DNA of 60,702 bases, filler included, from Basidiobolus ranarum (GCA_040143965.1; 9 parts of 9 records of this genome joined end to end with filler, not necessarily neighbours in it), one strand, 5' to 3'; counted from the first letter of the whole stretch, positions 12,260-24,130 are shown. Notes: a model not told the origin generated them from the letters alone. Made by a program: numbers and translations.

Positions 12260-13533
12260 GTTTGATGATTAAGATAAGTGATTACTAAAGACTACGTTTC
12301 TTTGGTTTTTATAGGAAACACCAGCATGTAACACCCAAAACCTAGGTACTCCCTGCCTACAATAAGTAAGGTTGGTTAATAATAAGTAAACTGAAATTGT
12401 ATTAAGGTAATAGTGTAAGTAGATCATATGTGCATCTGGTTTCAATTCGATTGAGAATACCCCTACTTTTACCTTTCAATGGGCTGAAGACGTTGATTCC
12501 CTTATCTTCTATAAGCGACTAGATTATACTCTTCGGTAAGCAAGTAAGTAACAGCTCGAGAATATCAATTAAACTCCTATATTAAATAATAAAGAATCTG
12601 GGTTCAAAATGAATTTATGATATTGCTGTGAAGTCAATTGATGCATTTGTGACTTTTACTTCATCAGCAGATCCTGCATCAACATTACAGCATGCTATAT
12701 TATTGCATTTGCAGGAAACAGACTTACTAAGATACTCACCAACGATCATTATCATTCCTATTTACCTAGAATGCAAATTCTAAGCCAAATCTTCACGTTT
12801 TGGAACCAGATCATTGGTGAAATAAGTGAGACTTACGTGATTTGGTGCAAGCAGAAAGTAGAGCTAGAATAAGTGTTTGATAAATTGTCAGTATGCCAAT
12901 ATGATTATTTTATACTTATTTGTACTCCAATGTATACGTAGTAAACGGAGGCTTATTCCATAATAGCATGACTGGAATGATGTACTCCCTTAATTTTCAT
13001 TACTTTTCAAGCTTACCCTTCTTTGTTCACTCTGGGGCGCTATCTCAAGATGTGGCCAAATAACAAATGTAGTGATTTACAAGGATGCCATTGATTTGAA
13101 ACAAGGGCCAGTAGATTCATGGCAAGTTAAAGAATTGCAACACAGATGGTATGTTGATTGTATTAATTCTGCATGCTCCAGTAACATCTCAAGTATTCCA
13201 TGTGCAAAGTCTCTCTGTGCATACTTACCAAAGTAACATAATGCTGTTAAAGAGAGGTAATTCTACACAAGTAGATATGTTCATTTAACAAGTTTGAAAA
13301 AATCTATATATCTGGGAACTTCGTTGACATTTATAGTTTTGTCAAGATGTAAACAAACTAACATGTAGAATATGTTAAGGAAGGTCCCAGGAACATGTGT
13401 GCAAAGTTTGGGGCTTCTAGCACAAGTTTGAAANNNNNNNNNNNNNNNNNNNNNNNNNNNNNNNNNNNNNNNNNNNNTTAATTAATTAANNNNNNNNNNN
13501 NNNNNNNNNNNNNNNNNNNNNNNNNNNNNNNNN

Positions 13534-14290
13534 TTTGCCTTTAAGTTCTCTCTGAGCTTCCTCCATTTTCTGTATTCTGTTTCAATTGCTTTTTGGTTGC
13601 TTGTTTATTGGTAAACCATTTTGTTTTCAGCAGTACTTTCTTTGTGCATACAGTACAGCAAATCGCGACGTCCAGGATCAATTAGTACACATTTGCTAAT
13701 ACCAGCTTTCAACTCTTCTCTTCCAAACTTCTCCACATACTGAAACTCCTTTTTTGACGCAAGAGACTTTGATTTGGCGCCACTGCCACCCTTCTTCTTT
13801 GTATCGTGGTTTTGCTTTAACACCGACACACCTACACTATCTGTGTACATCATACCTGTAAACTTCATTGACTTGCTTTTTCCTTGTGGTTTCATTACCT
13901 TTGATGTGAGGTCAATAATGGTTCCCCATACTGCTTCCTTATCCAAGTGGCTGGTGATAGAATTCTCAAAGATTTGAGTATTTAAAATATACGTATCGAT
14001 TGTCATGTAGGATTGTATGAAGCCCCTTCTTAACGGAAAGCAGTTGAATGGCTTGTTTTGGAGAGCTTCGCACATACTTGACAGTCTGGCATGCGCCTTT
14101 ATATACTTGAGAGGATTGCTTTTGCAAATCGATAATCTGTCAAATACAAGCCAAAAAGACTACACTTTCCAGCTCCTTGATTCTTTCGTTCTTCTTCAAG
14201 AGTAAGTTAAGAAACATTCTAACTTTGTTTCCGAATTGAAGGTTGACTCCATTCCAATAAGCGGTGACAATTTTTGTCACTTTGATGTGC
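13534..14290 (-). mobile_element. Fanzor1 (TnpB-derived RuvC nuclease) remnant, disrupted and cut by the contig end
   Basis: TKIVTAYWNGVNLQFGNKVRMFLN, FNCFPLRRGFIQSYMTID, KFTGMMYTDSVGVSVLK, and RuvC-I CVLIDPGRRDLLYCMH followed by a basic bridge-helix segment; premature TAA at 13605-13607 and an internal deletion/frameshift near 14150. Confidence 0.8.
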
Positions 14291-14860
14291 ATAAAGAGAA
14301 GAGAAAAAGTGAATTGATCTCTTTTTTAGTTTATGGATAGAAAAGTTTGTTAAGCATATACTCTAAAAAAACTGATGAGTTACAGCAATGAATTAACCAA
14401 TTTGTCTACAATTTGTTTGTTTACTTATCTCATAATAGGTGCACGATTGGTGGCTTAGACACAAGAATGAATGCTAACATGAGAGTGTGGTGGGTATATA
14501 ATTAATAGTCATAAATGATGGCGTTCTGTTTATATGCATACAATTAACAAATAAAAGTGTCCACTGCTCTATATTTTCACATTCCTCTTCATTTTCCCAT
14601 TGCTGGTTGGCTAATAATATGACAGTCATTTCATGCTTAAACTGTAACCCAGATTTGCGTTTTCAAATTTCGAAATCAACCACTTTTCCATCTTCGATTA
14701 GAATAGTCCAAGCCATATCATTCCGTTTATATCCTTGATTTCTCAGCGACTTCGGCCATATTGGGATTCAATTTCAAGTAGTCGGACAAGGTGGGGAAAG
14801 GCAGGGAATCATTTATAAAGAGAATATCTGCATGAGCTTTCATCATTCAAAAATATTAAC

Positions 14861-15020
14861 ATGCCTACTGTTGAAAGTACCCTTTATGAGACTTTTGGTG
14901 GTGAGGAGGTTATCTGGAAGTTGTAGATGTTTTCTACAGCAAATACGTTCTTAATGACCAACGAACCAACCACTTCTTTGTTGGTGTCGATATGGAGGAG
15001 CAACGCACAATGAAATCTAA
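14861..15020 (+). pseudogene. Group I truncated haemoglobin (trHbN-like) fragment
   Basis: MPTVESTLYETFGGEEVI..VVDVFYSKYVLNDQRTNHFFVGVDMEEQ when small frameshifts are corrected; C-terminal half missing. Confidence 0.75.
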
Positions 15021-16878
15021 ATGAGTGTATAAAAGAGCGTACTGTATATTAATGGTAGGCGTGTGGAAACATGAAATATAAATTAAAGTAGTAGAACTTG
15101 CCTATTTTACATTGTAGCTTAATTAGAATATCACTTGTTCGTGGTAGTTACGTTCCATGTTAATGAGATTTCCAAAAGTAACAATGAGCTTTAGTAGTGA
15201 ATACTTTCAATAACTTCGGTATGTTACAATTTGTAGATGCTTTTTTACGTTACTAACGATACATATATTACCAAGCTCAATGGCAGATTTTAATCAGTTA
15301 CTCATCATGACTAATACTTAAGATCCTGTCCTGAGATTTCTACTTTTCATTGTATTAGTTTCTATGTGATCAACATCAGAAATGCTACTGATAAGAAAAA
15401 TATGTCGATGTTTCTTAACCTAATAAAGTTTTGCTTGTTAGACATTTCCCAACACCAATCTGTTATATATAAAGTATGATCAGCCATATATAGAGAGCAA
15501 TTCCATACTGGTGTAATCAACTGAGCAGAGTATAAAATCATAATGAATGGAGTTGTCATTTCGGGTTAGGGTTAGGACAATCTTTATAAATACTATAGAA
15601 TAATCGACAAGGAGCTTCACCTGCTAAAACTTACAGTCGCTTTCATATAATATTTGCCTATTCAACCAACAGTTTAAATGAATTTCGTAGTATAGTTTCT
15701 AATGCTTCTAGACTGCTCAATATATCTAGGAGACCAAGCATAGGAGGTATTGGGGAGTTCTGAAACTGTATTACTCATGTTCCTCTCACCTCATTAGTAA
15801 CTATCCATTTCTCACCAAGAGCTGAGTAGAAGTATTTACTCAACTAATGAAACTCTAGTGGAGAGAGCCATATATAATGTAAGGTATGAGGAATGGAGAG
15901 CAGTACAAGCCTGAATCACATCAATCAGTAAGTGGGATGTAGTTCCTATGGTGGCGGTGACACACATCTACAGCGAGTAGACACAAACCACAAATCTAGT
16001 GTATCAGCCAGTCAATTGTTTCAATAATTATCAAAATGTTTCTAAATTTATGTTCCGATTTTCAGCTAAGCAGTATTTGACTAAATAATGTTAACCAACT
16101 TCGATGAAATGTAGGGAATAGTTAGATGTATGAAGATAGGGACAAAAAATATGATACAGACCATAAACTTCAACAATTACTAGTTTTATAATCCCGTTTT
16201 ACAATGTCTGCTTCATACTGTCTAAGTGTTGAAGTAACGATCATGTGATTTCTGTCGAGAGTATCAAATCTAACTGAGTGTTTATACCGGGAACTATAAC
16301 TGCAATGATGGCTTCTGCGCTAAAATTTTCATACATCAGAAACTCAGAAGTATTATTGAGTGATTTACTTGTCTTGCTTATCATGCCTTCTAGTACAACT
16401 ATAGTAGAGTATTATTAGCAACAGTCAATGAAATTGATAAAATACTATGAATTCAATTGCTGCATTAGTACGACGTTAAATTGAAGGATGGAAGCTTTTG
16501 CAGAAAACAACTTAATTCGTTGCAGTACAAAATAAGCCTCAATGCTGGCGTTAGCGCATGCATAATCCATAATATTGGATATATGTCAAAGTCACCAGGA
16601 TCCCAACTATGTAGAAGTATCTACCATGAAGAAACTTATTGAAACTTGATAGAAACCGGAGTGTGGAGTGGGAAGCTAACAATCACTCTAATTTGGATCT
16701 TACCCCATGCATACGCATCACTGAATAGGAGAAATAGAGGAGTAGAAGGGGTAAGTAAAAATCTAGAATACAAGACTATAAAAGACACCTACAATACACT
16801 AATGAATTTCACTAAAATATCTTTCTTAGATTCAATAGAAATAACCTTAAATTAAGAACAACATATAAACGCTTCATA

Positions 16879-17763
16879 ATGAAATTTTCCGCTCCCAAAT
16901 TATTATGCCTTCTTTCTGGACTCGCCGCCATCAATGCAGCCGCACTTAACCCAAGGTTACAGGCAAGAGGCGATGGATCATACAACGTGAAGGATCTATT
17001 TAACGGAGGTGATGGCAGTGGCAGCGGCGGTAATGGAGCTGGTGCCTATGCCGCTGGAAAGGGTGGAAATGGCAGCGGTGATGGCAATGGCGGAGCTGGC
17101 GCTTATGATGCGGGAAAGGGTGGAAATGGAAACGGTGATGGTAATGGTGGAGCTGGCAATGGTGGCGACAATGGCAACGGTGGTAACGGAGCTGGTACCT
17201 ATGATACTGGAAAGGGTGGAAGTGGTGGTGACAATGGCAACGGGGGAAATGGAGCTGGAGCCTATGATGCTGGAAAGAGTGGAAATGGAAACAGTGATGG
17301 TAATGGTGGAGCTGGAAATGGTGATGACAATGGAAACGGCAACGGCGGCAATGGTGCTGGCAAGGGTGGAAATGGAAACGGCGGAGCTGGCAATGGTGGT
17401 AACAATGGAAACGGCGACAATGGAGCTGGCGCTTATGATGCTGGAAAGGGTGGAAATGGAAATGATGATGGGAACCATGGAGCTGGAAATGGCGGTGATA
17501 ATGCAAACGGTGGTAATGGGGCTGGCTCTTATGATGCTGGAAAGAATGGAGATGGAAACGGTGATGGTAATTTTGGAGCTGGCAATGGAAACGGCAACGG
17601 CGGCAATGAAGCTGGCGCTTATGATGCTGGAAAGGGTGGAAATGGAAACGGCGGAGCTGGTAATGGCGGTAACAATGGAAACGGCGGTAATGGATCTGGC
17701 GCTTATGACGCTGGAAAGGGTGGAAATGGTAATGGTAACGGAGATCAGGACTGCGACAATTAG
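16879..17763 (+). CDS. Secreted Gly/Asn-rich repeat protein
   Basis: Signal peptide, intronless 294-aa ORF, eight G(A/T/S)YxxGK motifs separated by GNG/GGNG repeats. Confidence 0.88.
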   Translation: MKFSAPKLLCLLSGLAAINAAALNPRLQARGDGSYNVKDLFNGGDGSGSGGNGAGAYAAGKGGNGSGDGNGGAGAYDAGKGGNGNGDGNGGAGNGGDNGNGGNGAGTYDTGKGGSGGDNGNGGNGAGAYDAGKSGNGNSDGNGGAGNGDDNGNGNGGNGAGKGGNGNGGAGNGGNNGNGDNGAGAYDAGKGGNGNDDGNHGAGNGGDNANGGNGAGSYDAGKNGDGNGDGNFGAGNGNGNGGNEAGAYDAGKGGNGNGGAGNGGNNGNGGNGSGAYDAGKGGNGNGNGDQDCDN

Positions 17764-17899
17764 AGACTTTAACTTGTAATAATTATATTTATACCGTATT
17801 TGTTCATGCTTCATGATATAGATGATTTCAAAACGAGTTCAATTAAAATACAAACATATTTAATGATTGATTTCCAGATAAATAGCAATTATGTGAAAA

Positions 17900-18285
17900 C
17901 CACCAATTTCTCTAATTCTCTAAACCACTTCCAACAGGCTCCCAAATACTCTAACAGTTTTCACTTATTGAGTACTCAGTTGACATTGATAGTTTTGTCA
18001 AAATGTAAACAAACTAACATGTAGAATGTGTTAAGGAAGGTCCCAGAAACATGTGTACAAAGTTTGGGGCTTCTAGCACAAGTTTGAAAAAAATCTATAT
18101 ATCTTCTAAGTTCTAAGTGGATTCCTCTTGAGAATAAAGGGTGATATCTTAGTTCAACATGGAATAACCAAATACTAGGCTATATATGACTATATAGGTG
18201 TGTAGGTAATGCAAATTTCAACTAAGAACACCAATTTCTCTATTTCTCCAAACCACTTCTAACAGGCTCCCAAATACTGTAACAT
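17900..18285. repeat. Rearranged LTR-B copy
   Basis: Forward LTR-B body flanked by two reverse-complement copies of the LTR-B terminal ~55 bp. Confidence 0.7.
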
Positions 18286-19036
18286 TTTCTAGCATGCAAG
18301 TCCAAGTATTTATAGAATTCCAACAAAGAACACTCCTTATAATTTGAAGAATAGTGGAGGCTTATTTATAATTTGCTACTTCATAATGAGGCTTAAAATA
18401 TATCCTCCAAAAAGGTGTCCACTCAAAATTTATGTGTCATCCATATAGATAACTTTCCCAAGAATAAAATAGCAAATCAACCGATTTTGTACATATATAT
18501 CCTAGAACGTGCGTGGAATAAGTGCATCATTTAATTTATTCATCACCAGAGTCGGTTAAATCTCGATTGTACTTTAAAAATACATTGTTTATCAAGATTA
18601 CCATTACCAATACATTTCAAACATGCACAAATACTCCCCATAATATACTTCAATGGTACTAATCACTCGATTCGCCTAATATCTACTTCGACAGATATAC
18701 ACCAGGAGGCCAGAATATAGTACACTTTGAAATGGAACTGATGTTAGGTATTGTATTTTTTAGGTTATAAATATGCCAAAGAGTGCCTAGGACATACCGT
18801 ATACATAAAAGCAGTTACTAATGGTTGAATTAAATATTACGAATATTATAAACTCAGCAAGATTTGGTGGACCAAACGTTTTCATAATTGATAAAACTTT
18901 ACACATATCCTGTGAAAAGATGAAGGAAAACGGTTTGGCGGAACAAGTTTATGTGGCACCTTTGTATTGCATAAAGTTGGAATTCACCTTAGGAATTCTG
19001 ATTTTTCAAAATCAGATTCCTTACACGAATTAGAAA

Positions 19037-19108
19037 GCCTGCTTAGCGCAGTGGTAGCGCGTCAGTCTCGTAAACTGAAGGTCGCCAGTTCAACCCCGGC
19101 AGTAGGCA
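19037..19108 (+). tRNA. tRNA-Thr (anticodon CGT), intronless
   Basis: Cloverleaf: acceptor GCCTGCT/AGTAGGC, D-stem GCGC/GCGC, anticodon stem TCAGT/ACTGA with loop CTCGTAA, T-arm GCCAG-TTCAACC-CCGGC (one A-C mismatch), discriminator A, TTTTT Pol III terminator a few nt downstream. Confidence 0.92.
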
Positions 19109-20295
19109 ATGCTTTTTAAATACCCGAAATGGGAAATGCGAATACATTATATATTACTCTACCCGTTATCTTCAAATTCAATGAACCACTACATTTTATA
19201 CTGGAAATGGATCTATTTTCACATGCTTACCAACCCTCTTACAAATACTACAGCCAAGCGACAACTTTTATCTACAATTTACAAGCCTCCAAATCGATTA
19301 TGATAGGAGTATCTACGTTCAAAACATACAATAGGAAGGAACATAGTGATGATAGGTTAGATCATGAGCACCCACTACATTGATCTAATTATTCGATTTA
19401 TATAATAAGCTCTAGGAAACAGGGCAAGTCAAGGTAAAAATGGCCAGGTCTTTCGAATGACAGCATAATTCTGCAGATGGCCAATTCTATAGCAGAAAAA
19501 ATTAATAAGCAGTGTAATTCCTATTATGATATTAAACCTCTAGTTTCATCTGTGATTCAAAAAACTCAGTAATCCTTGCTTTATATCTGTAAAACGTTTC
19601 GATTAGCAAAGCGATAAGCGGAGAGATGCTACCTGGAATTTGATGTTGGCAAGTAAGAAATTTGGAGAAATTGTATAGTTCAATTGCAAAAGTGCCAACA
19701 GTTCCGGTGTAAACACTGATGCCGCTACTAGACTTTGATTTGCACGAGTTACATTCACAGTGATACCCATGAGATCAGCAACATGATCCCACCCAACCCA
19801 TTTCAGTAGTGTCAGTGGATTCGAGCAGACCATGATTAATCTGAAACTTGGTCGTAAAAAGGATGAGTGTATTCAACTATATCGTGAAGTAAAACCATAT
19901 TACTGCTTGATTAAGACATATTGTATAATAAACTAAAGTTGTCAGTATAAATTTATCGAAGTAATTTTGACTGGCCTTGCAGTAGAACATAGTCAATGAT
20001 CTATATAGTTTACTATTATTGAGCTTTGATATCCACTCCGCACACATTCACTCCTTTTGCTATGATCTTATTTAAGCATTAAAATACAACTTTCTCTTGA
20101 TCTTTTCACTGATAGCAGTAATTACTGAAAATGGAAGAGCTTGGGGTACCAAAAATTTCAGTCCGTGATGAAGCACTTATTGCAATGATATACAANNNNN
20201 NNNNNNNNNNNNNNNNNNNNNNNNNNNNNNNNNNNNNNNTTAATTAATTAANNNNNNNNNNNNNNNNNNNNNNNNNNNNNNNNNNNNNNNNNNNN

Positions 20296-21369
20296 GTATC
20301 AGCATTGCAGAAATGGTTCCCAGATCGTCGTGGACTGGCGGCTGGATTTGCAGTGTGTGGATTCGGTGCTGGTTCTATTGCTATTGCTAAGATCCCCCAG
20401 CCATTGAGCGGTGCAGTTGGACTTCCACTGACCTTTGTCATTCTTGGATCATGCTACTTCGTATGTATGTCTTTGGCTGCTTCAGTATTTCGTATTCCTC
20501 CCCCTGGATATACTGTTGAAAGTGCGAGAGCAGTGGAAACCACTCAAGGGAGCAAAGATGAAACCAAGGTCACTATGCAAGAACAACCAGTCATCAAGCT
20601 CACGTTGATCGAGTCCATCAAATCACGAGACTATATTTTGATGTATATGGCTTTCTTTGCTAATGCAATCTTCGGTTTGGTATGCATCTCAAGATTGGCT
20701 GATATGTTGGTGAATCTCTTTGGAAAGTCAGCGGATGAGGCCTCCACTATTGTCTCCATCAACGGAGGATTCAATTTGTTCGGTCGAATCTTCTTCTCCA
20801 CTATCTCTGATTTTGCTGGTCGCAAGAACTGTTACTTGTTTATGTTAACCTGTCAAACGATCATCTTGATTGCATTCAACTCGATCATTACTACCAACAC
20901 ATACTGGGCATTTTTGTTATGTATGTGGGTTTTGACCGCATGTTATGGTGGAGGTTTCGGGGTTATTCCTGCCTTCTTGACTGATATGTACGGACCTACT
21001 AATATTGGAGCCTGCCACGGCATCATTCTTACCGCTTGGTCTATTGCTGGTGTCGGAGGTGGATTAGTCTTCACTGCCGTGTTCCAATCACTTAAAGAAA
21101 CGCATGGCCCCAAGAGCCCAGTTCTCTACTCCACAAACGTGTATTGGATCTTGGCATTTGTAGTGGTTGGACTAATCCTGTGCTGCTTTGTACGTGTTAC
21201 CATTCAAGATCGCCTATTCCCCGCTGTTCCAGGGCAAATCATTCGTTTTCGAGCATTTGGTAAGATCGTGCGCCTTGTCAAAGGAGAAAATGGGATGAGA
21301 TTCGAAAAATGCAGCAAAGAACAGGAACATGCCGAATGGACACAATACTTGAATCAACGTTCTTCTTAA
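20296..21369 (+). CDS. MFS transporter, oxalate:formate antiporter (OFA)-like; 5' end cut by the contig edge
   Basis: KWFPDRRGLAAGFAVCGFGAG, FNLFGRIFFSTISDFAGRK, CYGGGFGVIPAFLTDMYG and HGIILTAWS motifs; multiple TM helices. Confidence 0.9.
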   Translation, partial: VSALQKWFPDRRGLAAGFAVCGFGAGSIAIAKIPQPLSGAVGLPLTFVILGSCYFVCMSLAASVFRIPPPGYTVESARAVETTQGSKDETKVTMQEQPVIKLTLIESIKSRDYILMYMAFFANAIFGLVCISRLADMLVNLFGKSADEASTIVSINGGFNLFGRIFFSTISDFAGRKNCYLFMLTCQTIILIAFNSIITTNTYWAFLLCMWVLTACYGGGFGVIPAFLTDMYGPTNIGACHGIILTAWSIAGVGGGLVFTAVFQSLKETHGPKSPVLYSTNVYWILAFVVVGLILCCFVRVTIQDRLFPAVPGQIIRFRAFGKIVRLVKGENGMRFEKCSKEQEHAEWTQYLNQRSS

Positions 21370-22080
21370 TAACATAGCCCTTATATAATCTGTATTTATC
21401 GCAGTTCTATCTCAATCCTATCCATTAATGATTAACTTAAGGTTCTTTTTGACATATCTTTTTTGCATCTAAATAGCATCCAAAACTTTTTTGAGAATTG
21501 GATGCTAACGGAAATATGTTCTTCGTTTGATATCTTGCCAAGTTCAAACAATATATTAATTAGTCATGTTTTTGCTCCAACAATGCAATGCTATTTCATA
21601 GTGGGATGGAACTGTTACACAATGTAAAAAGTAGCTTGGGATATACTTTTAACTAATAAATGAGAATATGAATTTCAATTTATATATTATCCTGGTGTTT
21701 GTTGTGCACCTTATGAATTTCTTGGGTTATGATTCTTCTAGCGAAAGGCTAAGAAACCAAAAGAACCGTAGAGTCTGATAAATGAATCTATATCCTGACT
21801 TGAAATTGTCTTCTGTGGGTGCAGATTTCCCTTAACCTATATATGAATCAAACACCTATGCGTTGACGGAAACTCACCGTAAGAGATCTCTAAATGCATG
21901 AGCCTTGAATCCATTGTTTATATTCAGTGTTAAGTAAAATGTAGTTACACACATCATTAATGATCAATGAAAAATTGGTGATCATTCGTATGTTATAATG
22001 TGATACTGGCAATATAACTATGTACTATTGGGAAGGCATTAGAAATTGGAGCATCCATACCAGAATATACGAAAAATTTT

Positions 22081-22714
22081 ATGAAATTATTGGTATTGTC
22101 TTGAGTAATCCATCATGTTGGTGGCTTAGCCTTCACGTGTCAGTCTTCTAAGCCACTTCTTGTCATAAAACGGAGTAGCAAGTAAATAGAGCACTACACT
22201 TGAATATTAATTCATTTGATAGCCGGTAAAACCAATATTTTCTAACATGCCCTCTAACCAATATCAATTGCCAAGCCGCTTCAAAAGAGGTTTGACTCGC
22301 AGAAGTGATCAGCAAACTAACTCTCATTATGGCCGTCAGTACGAGCAACATGATTACGATAACGAATACCAACACGGTGTCTCTGGTAGAAATGGTCAAA
22401 AAAACTATTCTCGCTCTCTCCATGGTCGTCAACACGAACAAGACAAGTACGATAACGAATAAGATCGTGGTTTGTCTCACAGTACTGGTCAGCAAAACTA
22501 TCCTCGTTCTCGTTATGGTCGTCAATACGAACAAGATGAATATAATAACTAATATGAACACAGTATCTCCGGCAGAAATGATCAACAAAACTATCCTCAC
22601 TCTGGCTATGGCCGTCAATACGAACAAGACGAGTATGATAATGAATATGAAAGAGGAATCTCCCGCAGAGATGGTTTATAGAGTCATTCTCGTTCTGGTC
22701 GTCAATACGATTAA
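22081..22714 (+). pseudogene. Secreted Tyr/Gln/Arg-rich tandem-repeat protein (93-bp/31-aa units), inactivated
   Basis: Decayed signal peptide MKLLVLS*VI..., KR sites, putative intron at about 22181-22221; units start at 22328, 22421, 22514 and 22607 (YGRQYEQDEYDNEY...); several in-frame stops. Confidence 0.75.
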
Positions 22715-23401
22715 ATTGTTAAGAATTCCGAGTTGTACAGTATACTGTTTTCTAAATTGAATAATGATAAAAGTTTCTTCTGCACCTGGTAAATAATCTT
22801 GTTACCACTTCACAATTATTTTCTGAAAGGAAGGAATCCTTAGCTTAACCCATTGGCACTCATCGTGAAAATCCTTTCACAGAAACTATCATGGATGGGT
22901 TTAATTATAGTAATGTTATAATCAAGTTCGATTTTTCCATTGTAAAAATTGTATTGAAGATACCCAACTTTACAGTGAAAGTAAGAAACTCTAAATTCTC
23001 CATGGTTTACGAAGGTGCTGGGAAAGTTATTGAAGGTTGCATAATTGACGATATCTGATTATTTTCACTGATGAATTTTATCCTCTCATATTCACGAAAG
23101 GAAATATTGGTCATAATACCAAATTATTAATAATATTATTATTACAATATTGAATTTTACTGATTGGTTAACCCTAACCCTAACTGTCACTGATGATATT
23201 GTCACAGTTCTGGAGTGTTTTGGATCTGGTGATTTAATATGAGTGATTAATCGTTAGTCTTAATGTGCCATTCCATTCATAAAGTGGCGACTCTCGTAAC
23301 ATATGTTACTTTCACATGTATTATAGCAAGAAATTGAATTAATTCTACATCTTGGATATATATATATTTATTTATTATCATTATACTAGAGATTACTTTT
23401 C

Positions 23402-24130
23402 TTAAAGACTTAAGAATACCTTGATGGCATTATCCGCGGTAGACTTGGCACTGGCTGGGTTAGCACCAGTCACAACCCGGCCATCCACTTGCGAAAAGTC
23501 AGCAAATGGAGTAGGTGGTGCTACATATTTGGCTCCGACTTCAGCTGCTCCCTCCTCGATGGTTGCCACGTTGGCTGATTTAATGATGTCAAGTAGGTCT
23601 AGCATAATTTCTCCCTCTGTAGTAAACCCAGTCACGGTCTTGCCTGCAATAATAGATTTACCAGTGTTACTGTCTATAATCCCAGGCAATATGGCGGGTC
23701 CGTGACATACGGCAGAGACAACACCTCCACGCTTGTAAATATCCTCAGCAATATGCTGTAAACCGCGAGCTGTGGGGTAATCCCATAGAGTTGCATGTCC
23801 GGCTGAGGCAAAGAATAATCCATAGTCAGCAGGATTGAGATCAGAAGCCTTGTGAAGCTGCGAGTTGAGCTTTACATTGAATTCATGATTAGGATCATTT
23901 AACACCTTCTCATCATCTTCGGTAAGAAAATCCTTGGCCAAAGAGTGTCCATCAATTCCATAATGACCAGTTTCAGAAGCAAGATCCACTTCAAAGCCCG
24001 CATTGACTAAAGCCTCATAGGGATGAAGCGCTTCAGTATAGAAAAGTCCAGTCCGAGTACCATCAGCATAGAATGCACCATTGTAGCTGGTGATGGCAAG
24101 GAGAGCTTTGCGAGGAAGAGTTGCAGACAT
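23402..24130 (-). CDS. HSP31: DJ-1/PfpI family Hsp31-type glutathione-independent glyoxalase
   Basis: TGLFYTEALHPY, FFASAGHATLWDYP, SAVCHGP (catalytic Cys-His) and VVTGANPAS. Confidence 0.93.
   Translation of the reverse strand: MSATLPRKALLAITSYNGAFYADGTRTGLFYTEALHPYEALVNAGFEVDLASETGHYGIDGHSLAKDFLTEDDEKVLNDPNHEFNVKLNSQLHKASDLNPADYGLFFASAGHATLWDYPTARGLQHIAEDIYKRGGVVSAVCHGPAILPGIIDSNTGKSIIAGKTVTGFTTEGEIMLDLLDIIKSANVATIEEGAAEVGAKYVAPPTPFADFSQVDGRVVTGANPASAKSTADNAIKVFLSL

Noticed and set aside
15563-15576. TTAGGG-like repeats here and (TAACCC)2 at about 23168-23184
   Set aside because: Only about two units, internal to contigs; expected by chance
16996-17814. Long overlapping ORFs in other frames (Met-rich, His/Cys-rich, Ile/Ser-rich)
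   Set aside because: By-products of the GGN/AAY repeat of the Gly/Asn protein, which lacks stops in the alternative frames
22163-22760. Hydrophobic ORFs 22163-22627(-) and 22305-22760(+), and the 93-bp repeat as a CRISPR-like array or a case of stop-codon reassignment
   Set aside because: Shadow frames of a coding repeat; units are diverged along their whole length with no repeat-spacer structure; stops are of all three types
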